Of a stretch of 64,000 nt of DNA, positions 37,863-49,470 are shown in pieces. The notes below the pieces were generated by a model, which worked only from the letters and a program-made list of their open reading frames with translations, ran no database searches and was not told where the DNA came from. The DNA is from Octopus bimaculoides (lineage: Eukaryota). Position numbers and translations under genes: made by a program. How positions within the stretch are numbered: the stretch's first letter is position 1; each line of letters begins with the position of its first letter. The DNA is taken from assembly GCF_001194135.2 (NCBI RefSeq), contig NC_068982.1, positions 46,969,157 through 47,033,156 of the forward strand, written 5' to 3'.

Positions 37863-38057
37863 AACATAAGTATTTAACCACATTTATAGATAATTGGCAC
37901 CAAAGAGACTACACAGTTGATATATTCAATTCTTTCAGCATCCTACTGTTATCTCCAAAGCATACCATAAAGGCATCAGTAAAAATTATAAAAGTTTAAA
38001 AACGCAAGAGAAAACTTTTACACGGAACCCTTATTCTAATTTTTATAGAAATAACAA

Positions 38058-38583
38058 CATCATCATCATCATTATCATCATCGTTTAACGTCCGCTTTCC
38101 ATGCTAGCATGGGTTGGACGATTTGACTGAGGACTGGTGAAACCGGATGGCAACACCAGGCTCCAATCTGATTTAGCAGAGTTTCTACAGCTGGATGCCC
38201 TTCCTAACGCTAACCACTCCGAGAGTGTAGTGGGTGCTTTTACATGCCACCGGCACGAAGGCCAGTCAGGGGGTACTAGCAACGGCCACGCTCAAAATGG
38301 TGTATTTTACGTGACTCCTGCACAGGAGCCAGTCCAGCGGCACTGGCAACGATCTCGCTCGAATGTCTTTTCACGTGCCACCGGCACAAGTGCCAGGAAG
38401 GCGACGCTGGGCACAGGTGCCATCACAATTTCGCTTTTGCTTGCCCCAACAGGTCTTCACAAGCCGAGTTTCATGTCCTGCATAGGAGCCAGTCCAGCGA
38501 CACTGGCAACGATCTCACTTGAATGTCTTTACACGTGCCACCGGCACAAGTTCCAGGAAGGCGACGCTGGGCACAGGTGCCAT
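38058..38583 (-). mobile_element. Young RTE 3' UTR with an internal ~105-bp direct duplication
   Basis: tgcacaggagccagtccagcg...gggcacaggtgccat occurs at ~38320-38423 and ~38480-38583. Confidence 0.9.
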
Positions 38584-39149
38584 ATTTCAAATATTTAATA
38601 CATTCATTTTGGAAACTAGATTTAAGTCACAACTATTTATCAGTTAAAAACAAAGAATGACAAGCTTGTGAAAAATTCTCCCACATCAGGTGACAGAATT
38701 AAATTCCCAATACAACTGCACATGAGAGAGTTAATATGTCAAACATGTGCATTCCTAAGTAAATTCCAGGTGTGGTGGAGTGGACATCTAGTGTACATGC
38801 TCAACTCCAGACACCCTAAACACGTGTACCGTGGAATCCTTTGTGTTCTGTTTTCATTTTACGTTTCAACATATATATATATCATCGTCATTTAACATCC
38901 GCTTTCCATGCTAGCATGGGTTATGTATGTATATATGAATTGAGGATATAATCATTAAAATGATTATATCAGTGGCTAGCATATAAAAAACGACTGTATA
39001 AGTAAAATTAATTTCTAAGTACATAATTATAAAAATATAATTATGATTAAATTATAATTAAAGGTGTTGGAATGTAGCACCTATATGGATTGTAGGCATT
39101 TAACACCTACTTCTAGCATATAGGTGCTGACATTCCAGCACACTCTGTA

Positions 39150-39350
39150 ACTAAACATTTTTTTCCTCGTTCTTGTTTTTCTTTTGGACTTTGCTATGTC
39201 TCCTGTTTCCGAAGAAGAGCTTTGCTTGAAACACAAAACAACCACTCTATCTCTCCTTCTCTGAGCGTCTTATTAATACTTTGCATGTACCATGTCCTCG
39301 TGCTGTTGTTTTTTTCTTATCTTTTTTTCTCCATTTTTTGATTATATATA
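39150..39350 (+). mobile_element. Possible Penelope-like terminal fragment
   Basis: Contains the hammerhead-like motif. gagcgtc..taatactttgcatgt..gtcctc is homologous to 42360-42445 (-). Confidence 0.45.
39204..39240 (+). ncRNA. Decayed minimal hammerhead-ribozyme-like motif
   Basis: tgttt-CCGAAGA-A-GAGC-ttt-GCTT-GAAAC-ACA-aaaca. Stems I and II can form, but the core U and the cleavage triplet deviate from consensus. Confidence 0.45.
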
Positions 39351-40019
39351 TATATGATGGGCTTTTTACAGTTTCCATCTACCAAATTCACACAGAATAC
39401 TTTTGATTGATGCAGGGATATAGTAGAAGACACTTGGCCAAAGAGCTACACAGTTGGGACTGAACCCAAAACCATGTTGTTGGGAAGCAAGCTTCTTAAA
39501 CACACAGCCATGCCTGAAAAACAAAAGATATGATGGATATGGTGGACATGGCTGGAGTGCCTTTGATAACAAAAAAAAAAGCACAATTTTGAGGCAAAAC
39601 AACAATAGCTTTGTAACAAACCTTCTTTCGCAACATATTATGAAGCTCCTAAAACAAAATATAAAAAAAAAAGGAATCTATCAATTTGAAAAACAAAAAA
39701 AAAAAATTCAATAGCTTCAATTTGGGGGTATAAACATAACAACGGTCACTATCTTATCCTAACCATTAATCTTATAAACAATGGAATTAATCAAACTCAT
39801 TTCTTTACAGCATTAATTAAAAAAAAAAAACCTTCTGCAATCATTCAACATAAAAATGGATTCAGGAAAATATTTCAAAAGTAGATTGTTTTTTTTTTCT
39901 TCCCCGCTCCTGGTAGTTTTTGATTTAATCTTTTTTAATGAAAATACTTTCAGCAGAAAACCAGAAAAAAATGAATTTAATAATAATAACGAACAAAAAA
40001 AAAAATAATAATAATATTG

Positions 40020-40064
<45 letters not shown>

Positions 40065-40234
40065 AGTCTTTAGAACTTTTATATGGGCAGCAACTTGTTG
40101 TTCTTTTCAGAGGAATTATGAACCTGTGATGGGTAGCCATGTGTAAAGTTCAGAAAGAAACACTAATATTACATTTAGTTCCGACAGGACTGATTGATAT
40201 TTTTTATTGATATATATATATATATAGATACATT

Positions 40235-40281
<47 letters not shown>

Positions 40282-40669
40282 ACAATAAAAAAATAAAAAA
40301 TTTTGGAGGGTGTTTTTTTTTGTTTTAANNNNNNNNNNNNNNNNNNNNNNNNNNNNNNNNNNNNNNNNNNNNNNNNNNNNNNNNNNNNNNNNNNNNNNNN
40401 NNNNNNNNNNNNNNNNNNNNNNNNNNNNNNNNNNNNNNNNNNNNNNNNNNNNNNNNNNNNNNNNNNNNNNNNNNNNNNNNNNNNNNNNNNNNNNNNNNNN
40501 NNNNNNNNNNNNNNNNNNNNNNNNNNNNNNNNNNNNNNNNNNNNNNNNNNNNNNNNNNNNNNNNNNNNNNNNNNNNNNNNNNNNNNNNNNNNNNNNNNNN
40601 NNNNNNNNNNNNNNNNNNNNNNNNNNNNNNNNNNNNNNNNNNNNNNNNNNNNNNNNNNNNNNNNNNNNN

Positions 40670-40718
<49 letters not shown>

Positions 40719-41009
40719 CATACATACATATAATACATACATACATATATATATATATATACTCTGTGAGTGAATGTATGAGTGTGTGAGTTTACATATA
40801 TATACGTGTGTGTGTGGATGTGTGTGGATGTATGTGTCAATGTACATGCATATGATGTATTCATTCATACATATGTATGGCTGTATATGTATATGCATAT
40901 ATGTGGGTAGATTGTGAATGTGTGTATATATATGTATGTGTGTATGAATGTATGTATTTATGTCTGTATATATATATCTATATATGTATGTATGTATGTA
41001 CTAATGAAT

Positions 41010-41043
<34 letters not shown>

Positions 41044-41045
41044 TG

Positions 41046-41076
<31 letters not shown>

Positions 41077-41586
41077 CTGTGTGTGTGTGTGTGTNNNNNN
41101 NNNNNNNNNNNNNNNNNNNNNNNCTTCTACATAAATTGGTAGCGAAAATGAATATTTTAGCAAGCACCAAGTATTCAAAAGTGAGTGGTAACTATTTTCA
41201 AATGAATTGACCAAAGCTAACAGAGTAATGTCTGCCAGTTAAAAGCACAATGCACTGCCAGTGACTGAATTGCAACTCTTGCTTTTTAGTTCGTTGCTGT
41301 ATGATCCTCCATCCTCATTGCTTTTAACGTCCACTTTTCCATGCTCGCATGGGTTGGAGACAATTTTGCTGAGGCTGATCATCTACGGTTGGGTGCCATT
41401 CCTGTTGCCAACCTGCTCCTGTTTCCAGGCATAGTAATATTTGCCCATGACTAGAAGGGGGGGGGGGACGACTGAAAATGAAGAACACATCTGACATGAT
41501 AGTGACACTTATTTACAACTATCAAGTGGTCAAGGCCAAATAGACAGTAACACACATATATGCATACATACATATATAAATATATT

Positions 41587-41690
41587 GTTAAAGAGGACAA
41601 CAAACGTTAAGGCAAGGAAGCTTTTCCAATAATGATAATGTATATGACTTGAGATTTTGTCTTGCCTTAATGTTTGTTGCCCTCTTTAGC
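41587..41690. mobile_element. Small MITE-like element with 30-bp inverted arms
   Basis: 41587-41616 versus the reverse complement of 41661-41690: 27/30 identical. Confidence 0.75.
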
Positions 41691-41957
41691 AATTATATAT
41701 CCGCTATATTGGAAATCTGCAATGGCTCCATAACTAACATCTCAGCTATAACCTTGGAGCCCGAGTAATCCATTACATCACTTACCTAGCATACCTAACC
41801 ATTTAGATCACCTGTTTCTACTGCTGGATGCCCTTCTTAATGCCAACCATTCCAGGAGTGTAATGGATGCTTTTACATGCCACCAGCACACATGCCATTC
41901 ATGTGACACAGGCAACAACCTTGACTACGATGCATCTACATGGCACTGGTAGCGAAT

Positions 41958-42004
<47 letters not shown>

Positions 42005-42012
<8 letters not shown>

Positions 42013-42316
42013 CGAGCATCGTAAGATTTTCGAGCGAGATCGTTGCCAGTGCCCCTGGACTGGCTCTTGTGCGGGTGGCACATAAAATACACCATTTTGA
42101 GCGTGGCCGTTGCCAGTACCACCTGACTGGCCTTCGTGCGGGTGACACGTAAAAGCACCCACTACACTCTCTGAGTGGTTGGCGTTAGGAAGGGTATCCA
42201 GCTGTAGAAACTCTGCCAAATCAGATTGGAGGCTGGTATTGCCATCCGGTTTCACCAGTCCTCAGTCAAATCGTCCAACCCATGCTAGCATGAAAAGCGG
42301 ATGTTAAACGATGATG

Positions 42317-42317
<1 letters not shown>
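42005..42317 (+). mobile_element. Young RTE 3' UTR inside (TA)n
   Basis: CpG-rich UTR plus tail with TA runs on both sides. An older minus-strand copy lies at ~41815-41960. Confidence 0.9.
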
Positions 42318-42353
<36 letters not shown>

Positions 42354-42971
42354 GTCAGATAGAATAATCAATAATCAAAAATAGCAATAACAAGACAAGA
42401 GGATGTGCACATGGAAAGTATTAGATTGACGCTTCGTAACAGGAGGTGCAGGAGTGGCTGTGTGGTTCTGGATGCAGTCCCATTGTGTGGGGCACCCTGG
42501 GCAAGTGTCTTCTACTATAACCTGATATGATGGGGGAAGTAGCTAATGCACAGCACAAACACTTGATCAATACTATCAAATTATCTGTGCAGGTTGTTCA
42601 GCAAGAAATTGCTGAACCTCATCTGTCAGGACAGGACAGTCCATGAGATATGCAGTATACAAATGACCTCCAGTAAACATGAAAGTCAATAACAACATCT
42701 TTATCTCATTGATTTGTATTCGTTGGTTGATGTACATTAAATGAGGTTTTCCTATTGCTCCTTTGCTGAAAGTACTCTCCCATAGCAATTGATAATATAC
42801 ATTGCAAGATATAACAATGATATCCCACCTCATCTTTGCTTCACCATGACATACAGGCTGTCACCCAAAGAAATTTTACATAAGTATTGTCCAACAGATT
42901 TTGTAGGTCATTTGTTAGTGTCCATATTTCAGCACCATATACCAACATCCTTTACTATTGTTTTATCACTC

Positions 42972-43515
42972 TCATCATCATCATCATCATCGTTTATTGT
43001 CCGTTTTTCATGCTGGCATGGGTTGGACGGTTTGACTGGAGACTGGCAAGCCAGGAGGCTGCACCAGGTGCCAATCTGATCTGGCAGTGTTTCTACAGCT
43101 AGATACCCTTCCTAGCGCCAACCACTCCGAGAGTGTAGTGGGTGCTTTTTATGTTCCACCAGCACGGGAGCCAGTCAGGTGGCACTGGCATCAGCCACGT
43201 TTGGATGGTGCTTTTTATGTGCTACCAGCACAGGAACCCATCGGGGCAGGGGGGAGCGGTGCTGGCTGGCATCGACCACGTTCGGACGGTGCTTTTTACA
43301 TGCCACTAGCATGGGGAGCCAGTCAGATGGCACTGGCAACAACCCATGCATGCATGGTGCTTATTGCGTGCCACCAACACAGGAGCCAGTCAGGTGGAAC
43401 TGGCATCAGCCACAACTACAATTTCCATTTGATTGTGATTTGATTTGAATTTTGATTTTACTTGACTCAATAGGTCTCCTCAAGCATGGCATGTCGCCCA
43501 GCAATTCAAAGGTAC
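42972..43515 (-). mobile_element. RTE 3' end with 4-5 UTR modules
   Basis: Repeated gtgctttttatgt(g/t)ccaccagcac..gagccagtcagg..gcactggca units, and a coding/UTR junction at ~43470. Confidence 0.85.
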
Positions 43516-44425
43516 TCTGAAGAATCTAAATTTCAGCTTTTGGTTTAAGTTAGATTTCCATATGGTTGTCATATTTTTCGATGCCAACCACACTTGAGCT
43601 ATACCAACATTAAGTTCCTTATCTGAGTTTGATATCAAGGCTCCAAGATACTACAAAGCAATGATATTCTGGAAAAAGTTCCATTAGTAAAATGCAGTGA
43701 ATGCAGAATAAATTTCTAACCTGCCTATCAATAACCATGCAGTGACAAGAGCTACTACATATACATGTTGTGCAAGCATTTAGACAAAGTAAAAGCAAAG
43801 AAGAAATACTTCCACTTCGTTTGACTAATGAGTGCTTCAAATTCTAATCACTTTTACTTGATTTATTTAACTTAAGCAATTCTATTCTGCTCCCACATTT
43901 TTTTCTTTTTTCTTGAGAAGCCATGTTTAGCTATTGCTTTTGTTTTCTTTTGTCATACCTTTATAAATACAATACAGAAACAAAATAAGAATATTCATAT
44001 ACATTCAGTTAGATGTAGCCCAATGGGATGAAAATGTTGATGATGTGAAAAATGAGATATAAATTGTTTACAGCACTAAAGCATACAATTGGGGAAATTC
44101 TTCTTTATTATATCTCTCTTATTTATTTATTTATATATTTATCTATTTGAATTTTTCAGAAACTTGTAAACACGGCACATTCATCATCATCGTCGTCATC
44201 GTCGCTGTCATTGTTGTCGTCGTCGTCATTGTCGTCATCTTCATCGTCCTCATCCTTGTCATCATCATTATCACAGTCATTCTCATTAGGTTGATTCTGT
44301 ATTGATTTTTCTCGCAAACGTAAGTTATAAAGGTCAAACAAATACTTTTCGACAATCTGTTGTAGAATTCTATTTCCAGCTAAATGTTTTGTTTTCTATT
44401 TTTACACCATTCGCACATGCATCTG

Positions 44426-44536
<111 letters not shown>

Positions 44537-44974
44537 CTCTATAGTTTCTGTACATAACTACTGTATTGTACATATACTGAGTTATTTTATTTACAACAAA
44601 TGTATGTGCATGTGTGCAGATATTCATATGCATGTGTGTGTGTGTGTACAAAGATACATATCTGCTTGTAAATGATAGTATTATACAATGTAGTTTGTAT
44701 TTTTTGTTGGTTTTTTTTTTTGGTTTTTTGGCAGACCGCCACACAACAGTTACTACACACATATAGCTATATGTACATATGCACACACAAACTGAATACG
44801 CTAAGCAAATGAGCAGAGAAACCAGATTTACGCCGATCCATTGAGAGCCACCACACTAGATGTGATTACCATTGTTGTTGTCGCTGTTGCTCTTTGATTT
44901 CAGATCAATTCCAATTAGGTAGATCAATAATCAAAGCGAAGGATCAAAGGTCCTTCCCATGCAATAGGTACACA

Positions 44975-45430
44975 AGGCAGGTTCCTTAGATTCCATGGCA
45001 TTTATATATTCCACCCCAGAATGGGACACTGGTCAGCCGCAGGATCACTCATGTTTGATAGCTGAGCAGACTGGAGCAGCGTGAAATGAAGTGTTTTGCT
45101 CAGGAGCACAATGCATTGCCCGTTCCAGGAATTGAAACCACAATCTTAGGATCCTGAGTGCAATATTCTAACCACTAAGCCATAAGGTAAATGTAAAAGT
45201 CATCTTCTCCAGTCATACCGATTCATAAAGGCCAGTTTCCTGGTTTCAATGGTGTATATATTCCCCACCTGGAAGAGACACCAGTTCGTTACAGGGTTAC
45301 TCATTTTTGCCAGTTGAGTGAACTGGAACAACATGAAATGAAGTGTTTTGCTCAAGAACACAACGTGTTATCTGGTCCAGGAATTGAAATCACAATCTTG
45401 CAATCAAGAATCCTGTACCCTTACCACTAA
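44975..45430 (-). mobile_element. Two tandem SINE-C (tail type 2) copies
   Basis: Heads at ~45180 and ~45430 with the same core. Confidence 0.8.
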
Positions 45431-46150
45431 GCCATGCACCTACACACCACAAAGCCATGTACTTACACCAATCAAAGTAGCTCCAGCAAAATTCTGTCTT
45501 GTCTTTAATTTTTCTTGAGACAGTAGGGTGTGATTTGAGGGAGATTCAGTTACCATTTCAGGTAAGCCAAACAATCACACATACAGCTTCTTGTTGTTGT
45601 CACTGTTGTTTAACCCTAGGTATGAGACATAATGTCACAGCTGTTTCGGTGCTGCCTATCTAAAGTCACTGATTCAATGCTGATTTATTTCACATCAGAT
45701 AGTTTAATATTTCTCTTGTTCTTGCCCTTTCTTTCTCTCTCACTCTTCTCTCTTTCCCTCTCTTACTCATCTCTCTCTCTCTATTCCTCTCTCTCTCTCT
45801 CTCTCTGTTTCTCTCTCTCTCTCTCTCTGTTTATGTTTCTCTTAATATGTATGAAGAGAGGAAAATGTTAAGTGTATATGTCAATATGTTCATAATTCAC
45901 CTCTCTCTCTCTCTCTCTTTCTTTTTGTTGGTGTGTGATGTTTCTCTTTAGGTGTATGAGGAGAGGGGAACTGTATCTGTCAGCATGTTCATAATGCCTC
46001 TCTCTCACTCACTCACTCACTCAATCAATCAATCAATCAATCACTCCCTCTCTCTCTTTCTATCTATATTTATCTATCTATTTGTCTGTCTCTCTGTATA
46101 ACAATATAGATATATAACAATTACAAACAATACAGATAGTTATTTTTTGC

Positions 46151-46194
<44 letters not shown>

Positions 46195-46888
46195 TAGACA
46201 GACTGTTGTCATCATAGTAATTAAGGAGACTTTCACTACATAACAGTCTACTATTAAAAGAAAATACTTGCATGACTAACAAATATTTTTACTGGCAGTG
46301 TAGTGACAGATAAAGACATAGCATATCATCATCATCATCATTTAACGTCTGTTGTCCATGCTGGCATGGATTAAACAGTTCAACTGAAACTGGTAAGCTG
46401 GAGAGCTATACCAGGTTCCAATCTGATTTGGCATGGTTTCTGCAGCTGGATGTCCTTCTTAACACCATCCACTCCAAGAGTGTAATGAGTGTCTCTTACA
46501 TGCTACTAGCACAGGTGCCATTTACTGGCAACATGCGATGGACTTCCTTCACTTTCCATCTACTAAATCCACTCACAGGGCTTTGGTCAACCCAGGGATA
46601 TAGCACTTACCCAAGGTATCACAGTAGAACTGAACCTAAAACCATGTGGCTGGGAAACAAACCTCTCACCCTTGCAGTCATGCCTACAAGTATTGTAAAG
46701 GTACTATCACAAAGAGATAGGTAGAATGATAGAAAACAAAAATGGCAAATAATTCACCAGCCAGAGAGAAGAATCAATGAATTGATTAGCTATTGCTTTT
46801 TATTTGCATGATACAAGGAAGTATAGCAGGTGTTGTGGACAGCAAAACATTACAAGATGGATTGGAAATTCACCAGGGAAAAAAATTA

Positions 46889-47067
46889 CTGTATTATCCA
46901 GCATATAAGTCAAATTCTTTAGACCAAAATTTGCAGCCTAAAAAAGGTAGGTTGACTTATATACGAAGACAACTTTGGAAGATGAAAAATTCCATGTGAA
47001 ATGCAGCAGGATTTGGAAAGAGAGTGACAATGATTGAATGTTTACACTACATGTTTACACTGTAAAC
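46889..47067 (+). mobile_element. Terminal fragment of a pogo/Tc2-like DNA element, copy 1
   Basis: TA|ctgtattatccagcatataag. Homologous to 47544-47745. Confidence 0.5.
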
Positions 47068-47354
47068 CAGTACTACTCAAAGTACTGGTCCGCGAGCCAT
47101 CAGCTGCTGGTACACAGTGAGTTTCCAGAAAAGAAAGAAATATTATAAAATGCTTATAAAATGCTTACGAAATATTGTATTATTTGTTTACAAAATAAAT
47201 GTAAGATAAAAAAAAATTGTCAACTTTTATTATATTCATTATATATATTGTTTCCGGTATAAATTAATATTACTAAGAAATATTATCGGTACCCGGAACA
47301 TTGGAAAAAAAAAAAACTGCCAGTACGCCACATCAGATAGTTTGAGAAGCATTG
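47068..47354. mobile_element. hAT MITE (third family)
   Basis: cagtactactcaaa / tttgagaagcattg, TSD ctgtaaac / ctgtatac. Confidence 0.85.
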
Positions 47355-47543
47355 CTGTATACTACATCAATGTGTATACTGGAAAATTTGGTATCCCTGT
47401 TTCATGAGTTGAATGCAAAATGAGAATTTACAAAATTTATATCTACACTAATGACTATATAGACAAGAGTACATATTTGTACCCATGATTATATACATTA
47501 GACTCTATACCTCTACCCAAGACAATATGCACAAGAGTATATA

Positions 47544-47745
47544 CCATATTTTCCAGCATACAAATTGAATTCTTTAAACCAAAATTTACAGCCAAAGATG
47601 ACAGGTCAATTTAAACACCAAGATGACTTTGGAGGACCAAAACTTCCGTGTGTAATGCATTGAGATTTGTAAAGATAGTGACAATGATTGAATGTTTACA
47701 CCTACATGTTTACACCTACATGTTTACACCTACATGTTTACACTA
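47544..47745 (+). mobile_element. Terminal fragment of a pogo/Tc2-like DNA element, copy 2, ending in a 14-bp repeat
   Basis: TA|ccatattttccagcatacaa, then (atgtttacacctac) x3 plus a partial unit at 47692-47745. Confidence 0.5.
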
Positions 47746-47829
47746 TATAGTATGTCAATTTGTATGTCAGAAAATATGGTTATATTGCTTTAACGATGAG
47801 ATGAATTCTTTTAGTTCTGTGTTATGATT

Positions 47830-48270
47830 CTTTCTAATTTAGTCACAAGGCCAGCAATTTTAAAGGGAAGGCAGAGGGGGTGGGAAGTCAATTACATCAA
47901 CCCCAGTACTTGACTGGCACCTATTTCATCAACCCTGAATGGATAAAAGACAAAGACGGCCTTAGCAATGTGTGAACTCAGAATGTAAAGGAAAAATGCT
48001 GCTAAGCATTTTGTCCAACATGTTCATGATTCTTCCAGTTTTCAACCTCAACCCCAAGTCATCATCATCATCATCGTTTAACTCCGTTTTCCATGCTGGC
48101 ATGGGTTGGACAGTCTGACTGAGGACTGGCAAGCCAGTAGGTTGCACCAGGCTTCAGTCTGATCTGACAAGATTTCTGCAGCTGGATGCCCTTCCTAATA
48201 CCAACCACTCTGAGAGTGTAGTGGATGCTTTTTATGTGCCACCAGCATGGGAGCCAATCAGGTGGTGCTT
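47830..48270 (-). mobile_element. SINE-B copy (47830-48035) followed by an RTE tail (48060-48270)
   Basis: Reverse-complement family motifs. Confidence 0.8.
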
Positions 48271-48327
48271 GCAAGTCATAGTATAAAAGAGAATATACAC
48301 ATATAAGATTGAGTATGCAGAGAATTC

Positions 48328-48394
<67 letters not shown>

Positions 48395-49173
48395 CAGGCT
48401 TCTTTTCATTTTCTCTCTTTCAATTCCACTCATAAGGCTGTAGTAGAATACAGTAGACACTTAGCTTGGGGCTGTAGTAAAAGACACTTGCCCAAGGAGC
48501 CAAAGAGTGGAATTGAACCCAAAACCATGTGGTTGGGATGTAAACTTCCTGACTATACAGTCTCACCTGCACTTAGTTATAGTAAAACCAGTTTAAAACA
48601 AAGTTAAGACTAATACTAAATAGATTCCAGTATGTATTTATAAGAAGACAAAGAATTACAAATTTCTTATTTCTTACATGACAGTTACGAGCCAAATTCT
48701 TTGAAAAGGACCTAACTCAGGCTTTTGATTTAAAAAGGCCTTTTGATGGAACTCTGCATTCTATAATCTGGTATTCATAATTGAGAAATAAAATTTTCGA
48801 TGTATGGTCCATGTGATTTGCCAATGCCATGCAGAAATATGGGAAAATGGCTAAAATATAAAATCAGGATTATCAGCATATTCAATAGACACTTAAGTTT
48901 CTGATCAGATTACAACAAGGCTCTTTTCTTAGATGTATTGCCGGTGGATGTTAAAATCATTTCAAAGGCATTTGAATTGCAGAATTTACTGTAGGAAGTA
49001 AGTCATATTTTTGAGTGGAGGAAAGTTAAGAAGCTTCGTAATAACAATGCAGCTGAATATAACTCCAAACAAGTATTCAAACATCTACAAATCACTAAGG
49101 AGACAACCATACTCAGTGATCATCATAATCATAATCATTTTAACATCTTTTTTTACAATACTGCATGGGTCAG

Positions 49174-49226
<53 letters not shown>

Positions 49227-49428
49227 CAAAGAATATATATACATGTATACACACATATATGTACATACTTACATCTACATGTGTATATACATGCATATCA
49301 GGGTACAGGACGTTAGAACAATAAACTACAGACAACGGAACAAACACACAGGAAAACGGAAAGCCACTTGGAATATCCCTTCATCAGCTGTCTCTATTCT
49401 ATCTAGACGTTTCGAAGACAAGACAGTA

Positions 49429-49470
<42 letters not shown>

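Noticed and set aside
38137-38598. Recurrent peptide FLQLDALPNANHSESVVGAF in several ORFs, suggesting a gene family
   Set aside because: It is the antisense translation of the RTE tail repeat.
44156-44341. Acidic Asp-rich ORF
   Set aside because: It derives from a degenerate (GAT/GAC)n tract, as does 56900-57055.
48690-48930. RT-like words (AFDLKRPFD, IRLQQG)
   Set aside because: Too short and decayed to assign. Possibly an old LINE.
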